Of a stretch of DNA of 30,560 bases, positions 7,285-14,589 are shown in pieces (positions within the stretch are counted from its first letter, which is position 1; each line of letters starts with the position of its first letter). The position numbers and the translations under genes are program-made. Origin of the DNA: a virus (Duplodnaviria > Caudoviricetes); the IMG/VR virus record IMGVR_UViG_3300033067_000435, positions 1 to 30,560 of that record; one strand, given 5' to 3'. A model generated the notes under the pieces. The model was not told the DNA's origin, made no database searches, and worked only from the letters and a program-made list of their open reading frames with translations.

Positions 7285-8397
7285 GTGGCAAATACAAATT
7301 TTTCACTGCTCACAACAGAGCAAAAAACAATTTGGTCGATGGACCTGTGGAAGCAAGCCCGCAACTACAGTTTCGTCAACAAATTCCTTGGTAAAGACAC
7401 AAACTCGATGATTCAGCACGTAACAGAGCTGAAGAAGTCTGAGAAGGGTGCCCGAGCCGTAATCACTCTTTTGGCTGATCTTGAAGGCGACGGCGTTGCT
7501 GGTGATCGCACGCTGGAAGGTAACGAAGAGGCAATGAAAACCTACGATCAGGTGATCCGTCTGGACATGCTCCGTCATGCCAACCGTCACGAAGGTCGTA
7601 TGGCTGATCAAAAGTCAATCGTCGAATTCCGCGAAAACAGCAAGAACGTCCTGGCATACTGGCTGGCCGACCGCGTCGACCAACTGGCTTTCCTTACTCT
7701 GTCTGGCCAATCGTACGCACTGAAGAACAACGGCGCAGCTCGCGTGGGTTCGGATATGGCGAGTCTTGAGTTCGCAGCAGACGTGTCGGCTCCTACCGAC
7801 AAGCGTCGTATGCAGTGGAACCAAACCACAAAGACTCTGTCGTATTCTGGTGCTACGTCGGCAGTAGCCGCGACAGACCTACCAAGCTGGGAACTGTTCG
7901 TCCAACTGAAGGCCGCAGCTAAGGACCAATACATCCGTGGCATCAAGTCATCTGGTGGCGAGGAAACTTTCCACGCGTTCTTGACTCCGCAAGCGATGGC
8001 GAAGCTGAAGCTTGACCCGACGTTCATGCTTAACGTACGTCATGCCCAGTCTCGTGGCGACGGCAACAACCTGTTTACAGGCGACACACTGAAGATCGAT
8101 GGCATCATGTTCCATGAGTTCCGTCACGTTTTCAACACGTCCGGCCTGGCTTCGGGTTCGAAGTGGGGTTCCGGCGGCACCGTCGAGGGCTGCCAAGTTC
8201 TGTTCTGCGGTGCGCAAGCGCTTGGCATGGCAGACATTGGTAATCCGGAATGGGTTGAGAAAGGTTTTGACTATGAAAACCAACAAGGTATTTCGACGGG
8301 TAAAATCTTCGGCTTCCTGAAACCAAAGTTCAATAGCATTTATGCTAGCAACACTGTCCAAGACTTCGGCGTAATGTCGGTCTACGTGGCACAATAA
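7285..8397 (+). CDS. Major capsid protein (N4-gp56/DUF4043-like family)
   Basis: GTG start with GGAGG RBS; family-typical L.GDGV.GD..LEGNEE motif and C-terminal LFCGAQAL..A...W.E..FDY.N...DFGV. Confidence 0.9.
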   Translation: MANTNFSLLTTEQKTIWSMDLWKQARNYSFVNKFLGKDTNSMIQHVTELKKSEKGARAVITLLADLEGDGVAGDRTLEGNEEAMKTYDQVIRLDMLRHANRHEGRMADQKSIVEFRENSKNVLAYWLADRVDQLAFLTLSGQSYALKNNGAARVGSDMASLEFAADVSAPTDKRRMQWNQTTKTLSYSGATSAVAATDLPSWELFVQLKAAAKDQYIRGIKSSGGEETFHAFLTPQAMAKLKLDPTFMLNVRHAQSRGDGNNLFTGDTLKIDGIMFHEFRHVFNTSGLASGSKWGSGGTVEGCQVLFCGAQALGMADIGNPEWVEKGFDYENQQGISTGKIFGFLKPKFNSIYASNTVQDFGVMSVYVAQ

Positions 8398-8410
8398 GGA
8401 GAAAACCGAA

Positions 8411-8854
8411 ATGGCTACCCTAATTAAAAACCGAGCTCTCCAATACCCGCTGTCAGCAATGTTCGAGTTTGACATTGCTTCAGGCGACGTAATGGTGAAT
8501 ACGTCTGGCACTTCGCAGACTTTCAAAGCAACAGCTGGCGTCTTCGATGTGATCGGTCTTCCGATTAACTCGATGGTCGTCGGTGGCGAGCTTATAGTCG
8601 AAACTGCGTCGGATGACACAGGCACAGCTACGCTGTCAGTAGGTGACTCTGGCTCAGCCACCCGATATCTTGGCGCTACGTCGATTAAATCAGCCGCTCG
8701 CACAGCACTCGTGCCGACTGGTTTCATGAACTCGAGCGGTCTGGATGTCCGTATCACGCTGGCTAACGCCAACGGCAACGCTACAGTTGGTAAGGTACGT
8801 CTACACGTGGTGTACGTAATCAAAAATCGTCAGAACGAAACGCAGATTACCTAA
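8411..8854 (+). CDS. Capsid cement/decoration protein (putative)
   Basis: 147-aa beta-rich protein immediately after the capsid gene (LP.N..VVGG.L.V...ATLSVGD...RYL...GKVRLHVVY); AAGGAG RBS; followed by a terminator. Confidence 0.65.
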   Translation: MATLIKNRALQYPLSAMFEFDIASGDVMVNTSGTSQTFKATAGVFDVIGLPINSMVVGGELIVETASDDTGTATLSVGDSGSATRYLGATSIKSAARTALVPTGFMNSSGLDVRITLANANGNATVGKVRLHVVYVIKNRQNETQIT

Positions 8855-8870
8855 TCTAACTGATGTACTT

Positions 8871-8899
8871 GAGGGGCACTCCGGTGCCCCTTGTTTTTT
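8871..8899 (+). terminator. Rho-independent terminator after the capsid/cement genes
   Basis: GAGGGGCAC-TCCG-GTGCCCCTT stem-loop followed by GTTTTTT. Confidence 0.88.
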
Positions 8900-8923
8900 G
8901 AACCACAATTGGAGTAGACAATC

Positions 8924-9316
8924 ATGGCTAAGCGCCCACTTCTTAAGCTCAATCGAGACTACGTTCTCGCAACAACTAAAGGCCACGTTATTAGCTTTGC
9001 TAAAGACGAGCCGACCCACGTCCCCCCAGCTGTATATAACGACGCCATCGCCATCGGCGCCGTGCCAGTAGACGGCACAGACCCTAATGTCCTAGTCGAT
9101 CCGGTAGAGAAAGCGGTCGTTCCGCTCACTGTAGAAGAACGCCAAACAGCGATTATTGCAACTTTTGCTAAAATCGTAGAAACCAACAACCGAGAAGACT
9201 TTACAGCATCGGGTCAACCGCACTTTAAGGCAGTATCTGAGATTCTTGGATACAGAGTGGCTGGTAAAGACGTAGCGGCTGCATGGCAGGCGTATAACGA
9301 AATGAAGGCAGAATAA
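8924..9316 (+). CDS. Hypothetical head-associated protein
   Basis: 130 aa, GGAG RBS; C-terminal DFTASGQP...VSEILG small helical domain of the kind often seen after capsid genes. Confidence 0.65.
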   Translation: MAKRPLLKLNRDYVLATTKGHVISFAKDEPTHVPPAVYNDAIAIGAVPVDGTDPNVLVDPVEKAVVPLTVEERQTAIIATFAKIVETNNREDFTASGQPHFKAVSEILGYRVAGKDVAAAWQAYNEMKAE

Positions 9317-10017
9317 TGGATGTCGCAACTGTAGTGGCGTTATTTAGAGCGGAAGTAAATGACACCGTCGACACAGCGTACCTGTGGTCTGATGTGGAAG
9401 TTTATGCGTTTCTAGATGACGCACAGAAGATGTTCTGCCGCCTAACCGGCGGAATTCCAGACGCAACCTCTGCTATCACTACAGTTACGGCTACGGCCGG
9501 ACAGAAGTTTGTAGACATCAGCCCGAAGATTCTCCGCCTCAAGTCGGTGGAGAATCCTAGCGACAACGGCTATCGCTGCGAAATCCTCAACTACGAGGAT
9601 ATGGCAACGTACCTTAAACACCCGGACTATGGATACACGTCCCCATATGCACTAAATAACGAGGTAGGCCCGATACGCGCGGTTGTGTCCGGCATGGAGC
9701 CAAATAAGCTGCGTCTGGTTAATATCCCGGAGGTAGACCAGCAGCTTAACCTAATCGTTAATCGCTTACCACTAATAGATATAAACCAGACGACGATAGG
9801 TAACAGCACCGCTGTTCTGGAAATAGGAGAAATGCACCACCGCCACCTTATTCTGTGGATGAAGGCTTTAGCCCACATGAAGCAAGATGCGGAGACATTT
9901 GATCAAGGCAAAGCCGCAGAGTTTGACATGATGTTCCGTACCTATTGTGCGCAAGCTAAGGGCGACCGAGAGTTGCATGAGCACAAATACCGAACAATTT
10001 CTTACGGAGGACTATAG
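9316..10017 (+). CDS. Head-tail adaptor / head completion protein (putative)
   Basis: FRAEVND...YLWSD.EV..FLDDAQ..FCR N-terminal helices and a C-terminal H..LILW..ALA..KQDAET helix, typical of podophage adaptors; TAATG coupling. Confidence 0.7.
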   Translation: MDVATVVALFRAEVNDTVDTAYLWSDVEVYAFLDDAQKMFCRLTGGIPDATSAITTVTATAGQKFVDISPKILRLKSVENPSDNGYRCEILNYEDMATYLKHPDYGYTSPYALNNEVGPIRAVVSGMEPNKLRLVNIPEVDQQLNLIVNRLPLIDINQTTIGNSTAVLEIGEMHHRHLILWMKALAHMKQDAETFDQGKAAEFDMMFRTYCAQAKGDRELHEHKYRTISYGGL

Positions 10018-10018
10018 T

Positions 10019-10735
10019 ATGACGCGTGAAGGATTTAGTTTGTTGAAGCGTATGGAGGGCCTGCGACTGGCCCCCTATATATGCCCAGCCGGTAAGCCGA
10101 CTATTGGCTATGGTATCACTGTGTACCCCGACGGCACGCCCGTAACGATGAGCGATCCGCCTATAACGGCGGAACAAGCCCTAGATATGCTAAAAGCCGA
10201 AGTTGCACGTTACGAAGCAAAAGTAGACGAGCTTACAGGCGGCAAGGCTACTCCGTACGAGTTGGCAGCTATGACGTCATTGGCTTACAACATCGGGTTG
10301 GAGGCTTTCGCTACATCGTCTGTTCGTCGGCTTTATAACCAAGGCCGCCTGCGTGAAGCCGCAGCGGCTTTTGCCCTATGGAACAAAATTACTGTTAACG
10401 GCCGTAAAGTTGTTAATCAAGGCCTCGTACGCCGCCGCGCGGAAGAAGCAACTATGTTCTTAGGTCCAGTAGACTCGCAGGATATGCCGCAAGAAGTGTC
10501 CAGCCCGCAGCCAGTAAGTCAGTCTCGTACGGCTGTCGGGGTTGTAACATCCGCCACAGGCGGCGTCGCTACAGTCGCTGCTGGCGTACAAGCGGTGTCC
10601 GACTTGAAGAGCAGCGTAGACGGTCTAGGCCCATGGCTTCCATATCTACTCGGCGCCGGCGCAATTCTAGGCATAATCGGTATTTGCTACGTGCTGTACG
10701 CGCGTTGGGACGATCGTCGGCAAGGGCTACGATAA
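10019..10735 (+). CDS. Endolysin, GH24 lysozyme with C-terminal hydrophobic extension
   Basis: E-x8-C-x5-T triad (EGLRLAPYICPAGKPTIGYG), SLAYNIG and GLVRRRAEE motifs. Start moved to ATG 10019 (GGAGG RBS at 10006-10010) from track start 9947. Confidence 0.92.
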   Translation: MTREGFSLLKRMEGLRLAPYICPAGKPTIGYGITVYPDGTPVTMSDPPITAEQALDMLKAEVARYEAKVDELTGGKATPYELAAMTSLAYNIGLEAFATSSVRRLYNQGRLREAAAAFALWNKITVNGRKVVNQGLVRRRAEEATMFLGPVDSQDMPQEVSSPQPVSQSRTAVGVVTSATGGVATVAAGVQAVSDLKSSVDGLGPWLPYLLGAGAILGIIGICYVLYARWDDRRQGLR

Positions 10736-11130
10736 TGGGGAAGATTCTGTCGTGGTTTTCTGGCGGGGCTTCTTCGCTAATGCCGTGGCTAGTTGTTTTT
10801 GGCTTCGGTATTACCGTAGGTACAGCAGTAACTTGGGCCGGCTGGAGCCTAAAGCTGGAGGCCTATAAGGGGAAAGAGGCAACTGCTAAGCTAGAAGCCA
10901 TTTCCGTGGCTTACGACAAAGGTAAAAAAGTAGCAGAGGAAGCTGCAAAAGAACGAGACAGTCTCCGAGAGAAGAACACTCAGCTAGTTGTTACCGTAGG
11001 TAAAGTTAAGGAAGTTATCAAAAATGAAACGAAAAATAACCCAGCTCTTTCTTCTAGCGATTGTGCTTGGCCTGTCAGCGTGCGCGACGCATACAATGCC
11101 ATCGGCACAAGTACAGTTCCCGGACGTTAG
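10735..11130 (+). CDS. i-spanin (Rz-like)
   Basis: TAATG-coupled start at 10735; N-terminal transmembrane segment (PWLVVFGFGITVGTAVTWAGW), coiled coil and C-terminal Cys; overlapped at its 3' end by a lipoprotein gene. Confidence 0.75.
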   Translation: MGKILSWFSGGASSLMPWLVVFGFGITVGTAVTWAGWSLKLEAYKGKEATAKLEAISVAYDKGKKVAEEAAKERDSLREKNTQLVVTVGKVKEVIKNETKNNPALSSSDCAWPVSVRDAYNAIGTSTVPGR

Positions 11131-11296
11131 CTACGAAACACAAGAATGCAGTAGAAAAGTAAAAGCAGAAGGTACAATTACAGTAGAACAATCAGCTATA
11201 ATAGCTGCGGAAAACGCCGCGCGTTTAGAAGAATGCGCTAACAAAATTGATTCGCTGCGACGTATAATCGCAGACTACTTGGAGCTCACGAAATGA
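11024..11296 (+). CDS. o-spanin (Rz1-like lipoprotein), overlapping the i-spanin
   Basis: Signal peptide with lipobox LSAC, two further Cys; starts 107 nt inside the i-spanin in another frame; AAGGA upstream. Confidence 0.78.
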   Translation: MKRKITQLFLLAIVLGLSACATHTMPSAQVQFPDVSYETQECSRKVKAEGTITVEQSAIIAAENAARLEECANKIDSLRRIIADYLELTK

Positions 11297-12207
11297 GAAA
11301 ATCAGTAACAAGCCTAGTTGTTTTTTGCGTTCTGGCACTAACAGCGTGCGGCAACGAGAAAGAGTTTCAGTTGATGACGGCTGCGCAGAATTCTCAGCTG
11401 CAGATGGTTATTAACTATCGTAAAGAGACAAACCTTCGTACGTTGGAGAAGGCAGCCGAGGTTGAGAAAGCCAAAGCCACAGCCCTAGCTGAGAAATACA
11501 AGGCTGACGTAGAGCGCTTTAAAGCCATTGCGAAGCTTGGCGAAAAAGCCGACGCCGGCGGTCGCGTTGCGATTGCTCGGTCACTTGAAGACAAAGCCGG
11601 TGAAAAAGAAGTCGCGGCGGTATCTCTGGCTGTCCCTACGGAGCAGCCGCTCTCTCTACCACCACTACCCCAGTTGAAGTCTGCTAGTGACTCCGCTAAG
11701 GAGTGGGCAGGCATCCTACTTGGTGGCGCTCAAGTATTCGGCAACACGTACACCGCAGTCAAAGGGCTAAGCGCACAGGTAGCTATCAACAAGCAGAACA
11801 ACGATGCGGCTACAGCGCAGCACGAGTCAACAATGAATACGTTCGGCACGTTTAGTACGAACCAAGCGTCAGTAGGCACTGCAGCTGTGAACGCGGCTGC
11901 GCAAAGCCAGTCCACCACAACCGGATGGATTGCTAACATCGTAGAGCAGCTGACTAAGAACCCAACAACAGTGATTAACTCAACTGTCAATTGCCCACAG
12001 AATGTGGCTAGCGGTTCCGCTGGTAATGGCGGTAACGGCGGTAGTCCGGATGTAACTGGTACGGGCGGTAACGGCGGCAGTCCTGGAACGACCGGTACTG
12101 GCGGTCTCGGTGGCAGCCCGACACTTCCGGCTAATGGCGGCGTAGCTGGCGCAGGCGGTAATAACGTAGTTACAGCAACTCAAAACTGCGTGGGAGTCAC
12201 GAAGTAA
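11293..12207 (+). CDS. Lipoprotein of unknown function with Gly-rich repeat tail
   Basis: Lipobox LTAC, GGAG RBS, ATGA overlap with the o-spanin; coiled coil, hydrophobic patch and GGNGGSP repeats. Confidence 0.75.
   Translation: MRKSVTSLVVFCVLALTACGNEKEFQLMTAAQNSQLQMVINYRKETNLRTLEKAAEVEKAKATALAEKYKADVERFKAIAKLGEKADAGGRVAIARSLEDKAGEKEVAAVSLAVPTEQPLSLPPLPQLKSASDSAKEWAGILLGGAQVFGNTYTAVKGLSAQVAINKQNNDAATAQHESTMNTFGTFSTNQASVGTAAVNAAAQSQSTTTGWIANIVEQLTKNPTTVINSTVNCPQNVASGSAGNGGNGGSPDVTGTGGNGGSPGTTGTGGLGGSPTLPANGGVAGAGGNNVVTATQNCVGVTK
12028..12135 (+). repeat. Three 36-nt (12-aa) tandem repeats, GG[NL]GGSPxxxxx
   Basis: Units start at 12028, 12064 and 12100: GGNGGSPDVTGT / GGNGGSPGTTGT / GGLGGSPTLPAN. 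Confidence 0.85.
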
Positions 12208-12455
12208 TGAGCTCGCCAATCGACCGCGAATTAGGTAACCTGCAAGCGCGGGTTACCGCCCACGATACTGACATACGTTCTCTCGAAGAAAAAGTAGACG
12301 AGCACTACGCTGGGCTTAAGGCCCAGCTTGATCGTATGGAGAAGAAAGAGGTAGAGCAGCGTGGTTTTATAGCGGGCGTGGTGTTTCTGGCCGGTTGTAT
12401 CGGCGCTTTACTAGGCGTCTTCAAAGACTACATCCTGACACACATTTTCAAGTAA
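12207..12455 (+). CDS. Holin-like small membrane protein (coiled coil plus one C-terminal TM)
   Basis: 82 aa; soluble coiled coil then GFIAGVVFLAGCIGALLGVF; ends the lysis cassette; XhlA/holin-like architecture. Confidence 0.55.
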   Translation: MSSPIDRELGNLQARVTAHDTDIRSLEEKVDEHYAGLKAQLDRMEKKEVEQRGFIAGVVFLAGCIGALLGVFKDYILTHIFK

Positions 12456-12529
12456 CGTATCAAGCTAATATGCCTCAGTCGGCGGTGGGCAGTTTGATCG
12501 AGTCCATACTTCTCGTAAAAACACCGACA

Positions 12530-12575
12530 GCTAGGGGGCGCTATTACTCCGTGCGTTGCCCTAGCACCTTTTCTT
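12530..12575 (+). terminator. Possible terminator hairpin after the lysis cassette
   Basis: GCTAGGG 12530-12536 / CCCTAGC 12559-12565 with an imperfect inner stem, followed by ACCTTTTCTT. Confidence 0.4.
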
Positions 12576-12583
12576 GTTATAAT
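12556..12583 (+). promoter_or_regulatory. Extended -10 promoter for the first tail block
   Basis: TGtTATAAT at 12575-12583, TTGCCC 16 nt upstream of the -10 hexamer, GGAG RBS before ATG 12607. Confidence 0.7.
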
Positions 12584-12606
12584 CGCGTATCTTTGGAGAA
12601 TTTTTA

Positions 12607-13014
12607 ATGGCAAACGCACTTTTCGATAAGGGTCGTCAGCGATTCCTTGAGGGCTCTTTCAACTGGAATACAGACACGATTAAGTGCCTTCTGGTGGATA
12701 CGGGTTCTTATACACCAAATCTTTCGTCGCACGAGTTCCACTCCGACATTTCTTCTGGCGCCATCATCTCGACGTCTGGTGCATTCACATCGAAGACAAC
12801 AACCGGCGGCGCAGCTGATGCAGCAGACGTGACACACACATCGGTTACCGGTGCTTCGGTAGAGGCTATTGTCATTTACAAAGATACTGGCACGTCCGCT
12901 ACCAGTCCGCTTATTGCGTATATCGACACCGCCACGGGGTTGCCAATTACACCTAACGGCGGCGATATCATCATTACGTGGGACAACGGGCCGAACAAAA
13001 TCTTTAAATTATAG
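12607..13014 (+). CDS. Small virion structural (tail/fibre) protein
   Basis: 135 aa, Thr/Gly/Ser-rich beta protein (DTIKCLLVD...DAADVT...PLIAYID...PNGGDIIITW), a pattern common in phage tail regions. Confidence 0.65.
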   Translation: MANALFDKGRQRFLEGSFNWNTDTIKCLLVDTGSYTPNLSSHEFHSDISSGAIISTSGAFTSKTTTGGAADAADVTHTSVTGASVEAIVIYKDTGTSATSPLIAYIDTATGLPITPNGGDIIITWDNGPNKIFKL

Positions 13015-13026
13015 CAGAGGCCGCAG

Positions 13027-14214
13027 ATGGCGAACTTCGTTCAAATCTACAAGAGCACAGACGCTAATGCGCCGGTACTTACCGGCCAAGTGTCTAAACT
13101 CGTCGATCTTTTAGACGCGGTGCTCGTTAACGGGTATACGACAGCCGCCGTAACGTCCATGACGCGCGCCAGTAGCACCGTCACTGTTACCATGACAGCC
13201 ACAAACTCGACGCTGGTGACTGGCGACTACATTAAGATTTCAGGCGCTGTCGAAACTGACTACAACGGCGTATGGCAGATCACGGTTGTTTCAGGAACCG
13301 TTTTCACCTTCAATATCGGCGTGCTCACGCCAACAACACCGGCAACAGGCACCATCCTGTACTGCAAAGCCCCTCTGAACTGGACAAAGCCGTATACCGG
13401 CACCAACGCCGCCGTGTTCCGATCTCAGAACACAGCGAGCCCGCGACACTATCTGCAGATCATCGACAACTCAGCAACTGCTGGCGGCGCCAAGGAAGCG
13501 CAGTGGATGGCGTTCGAGACCATGTCGGCATACAACACCGGCACGGGACCGTTCCCCACGACGGCGCAGATGGCTAGCGGTCTCTGCTGCTTCAAGTCAA
13601 ACACTGCTGATGCCACGGCTCGTGCCTGGAGCATCGTTGGCGACGACAAGGCGTTCTACCTGCAGATCAACGCGAATGGCTCCGCTAGCACGACCACCCT
13701 GTACGGCTTCGGCTGGTTCCCGTCGTTCAAGTCGGGCGATGCCTACAACACGTTCATCGCTGGCGCTCCAGCATTCAACACTGTGTCCCCATCGTCACCG
13801 GGCCTAGCCAACGTGGCGTCCTGGGTCAGTTCGAGTAACACGCCAGCGTCGTCATCCTCTGGTTTGTACGTCGCGCGCTCATACTCGCAGACAGGGGGCT
13901 CAATCCCTGTGTCGCTGCTCCCCGGCCTTGGCGGCAACGGTGTAGTCGGCGTTGGTGCGTCTAGTTCGACATACCCTGAACCGTGTTCTTCCGGCGCGGT
14001 CGTCATACCCGTATTCATTGGCGAGCAGCTAGTCGGTACGCCAATTCGTGGCCGCTTACCGGGGTTCTACCCGCCGTTCCACAACGCGGCGTTCTCGAAC
14101 TACGACGAGATCAGCGGTATCACGGGACTCGCAGGGCTCTCATTAGTCATCTTGACGTCGCAGTCGAGCACGACCGTCGGTCAGACAGCGATCGACCGCA
14201 TCGGACCTTGGTAA
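13027..14214 (+). CDS. Tail fibre / receptor-binding-type virion protein (putative)
   Basis: N-terminal STDANAPVLTG...LLDAVLVNGY, a small beta insert (GDYIKISGA...YNG.W.IT) and C-terminal RGRLPG; Ser/Thr/Gly-rich. Confidence 0.6.
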   Translation: MANFVQIYKSTDANAPVLTGQVSKLVDLLDAVLVNGYTTAAVTSMTRASSTVTVTMTATNSTLVTGDYIKISGAVETDYNGVWQITVVSGTVFTFNIGVLTPTTPATGTILYCKAPLNWTKPYTGTNAAVFRSQNTASPRHYLQIIDNSATAGGAKEAQWMAFETMSAYNTGTGPFPTTAQMASGLCCFKSNTADATARAWSIVGDDKAFYLQINANGSASTTTLYGFGWFPSFKSGDAYNTFIAGAPAFNTVSPSSPGLANVASWVSSSNTPASSSSGLYVARSYSQTGGSIPVSLLPGLGGNGVVGVGASSSTYPEPCSSGAVVIPVFIGEQLVGTPIRGRLPGFYPPFHNAAFSNYDEISGITGLAGLSLVILTSQSSTTVGQTAIDRIGPW

Positions 14215-14217
14215 AAG

Positions 14218-14589
14218 ATGGCAAACGCAACGTCGGGCTTGGTACTGGGCGCCGCTGACCTCATTAACACGCGTGGTGCGGCAGCGGCAGCTTCCGCGCC
14301 CAAGTACGTGCTAAACGCTTTCTCTGCGCCGTTTTACAACCCTAAACAGTCACTAAACGGCGTCTACCGCATCGCAGGTACAACGGTCGATGGCGGCACG
14401 CCGGTGAAGCGCCGGGTCTATCTTTTCTCGCTGCCAGGCATGCTGCTGGTCCGCTCGGTAGTGACGGAACTGCCTGCCGCAACGTTTGAGTTCACCGGCC
14501 TCGCAGCAGGTCAATACACCATCGTTGGCTTTGATCCTGATGGTGTGCAAAACGCCGTGACGTATAGTCACGTTACTTCGGTGGTGTAA
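14218..14589 (+). CDS. Small virion protein with prealbumin/Ig-like beta fold (putative)
   Basis: IAGT...PVKRRVYLF...FEFTGLAAGQYTIVGFD pattern. Confidence 0.55.
   Translation: MANATSGLVLGAADLINTRGAAAAASAPKYVLNAFSAPFYNPKQSLNGVYRIAGTTVDGGTPVKRRVYLFSLPGMLLVRSVVTELPAATFEFTGLAAGQYTIVGFDPDGVQNAVTYSHVTSVV

Noticed and set aside
7142-7411. 89-aa + strand ORF overlapping the capsid start
   Set aside because: Starts inside the promoter spacer with no RBS; the region is better explained as promoter plus structured leader.
7948-8823. 291-aa minus-strand ORF across the capsid and cement genes
   Set aside because: Antisense shadow of two well-supported genes; no RBS or recognisable motif.
9947-10734. 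Track starts at 9947 (endolysin) and 10633 (i-spanin)
   Set aside because: Non-ATG upstream extensions overlapping previous genes; ATG 10019 has a GGAGG RBS and ATG 10735 is TAATG-coupled.
12395-12619. Short ORFs on both strands across the lysis-tail gap
   Set aside because: No RBS or coding character; the gap holds hairpins and a clear promoter.
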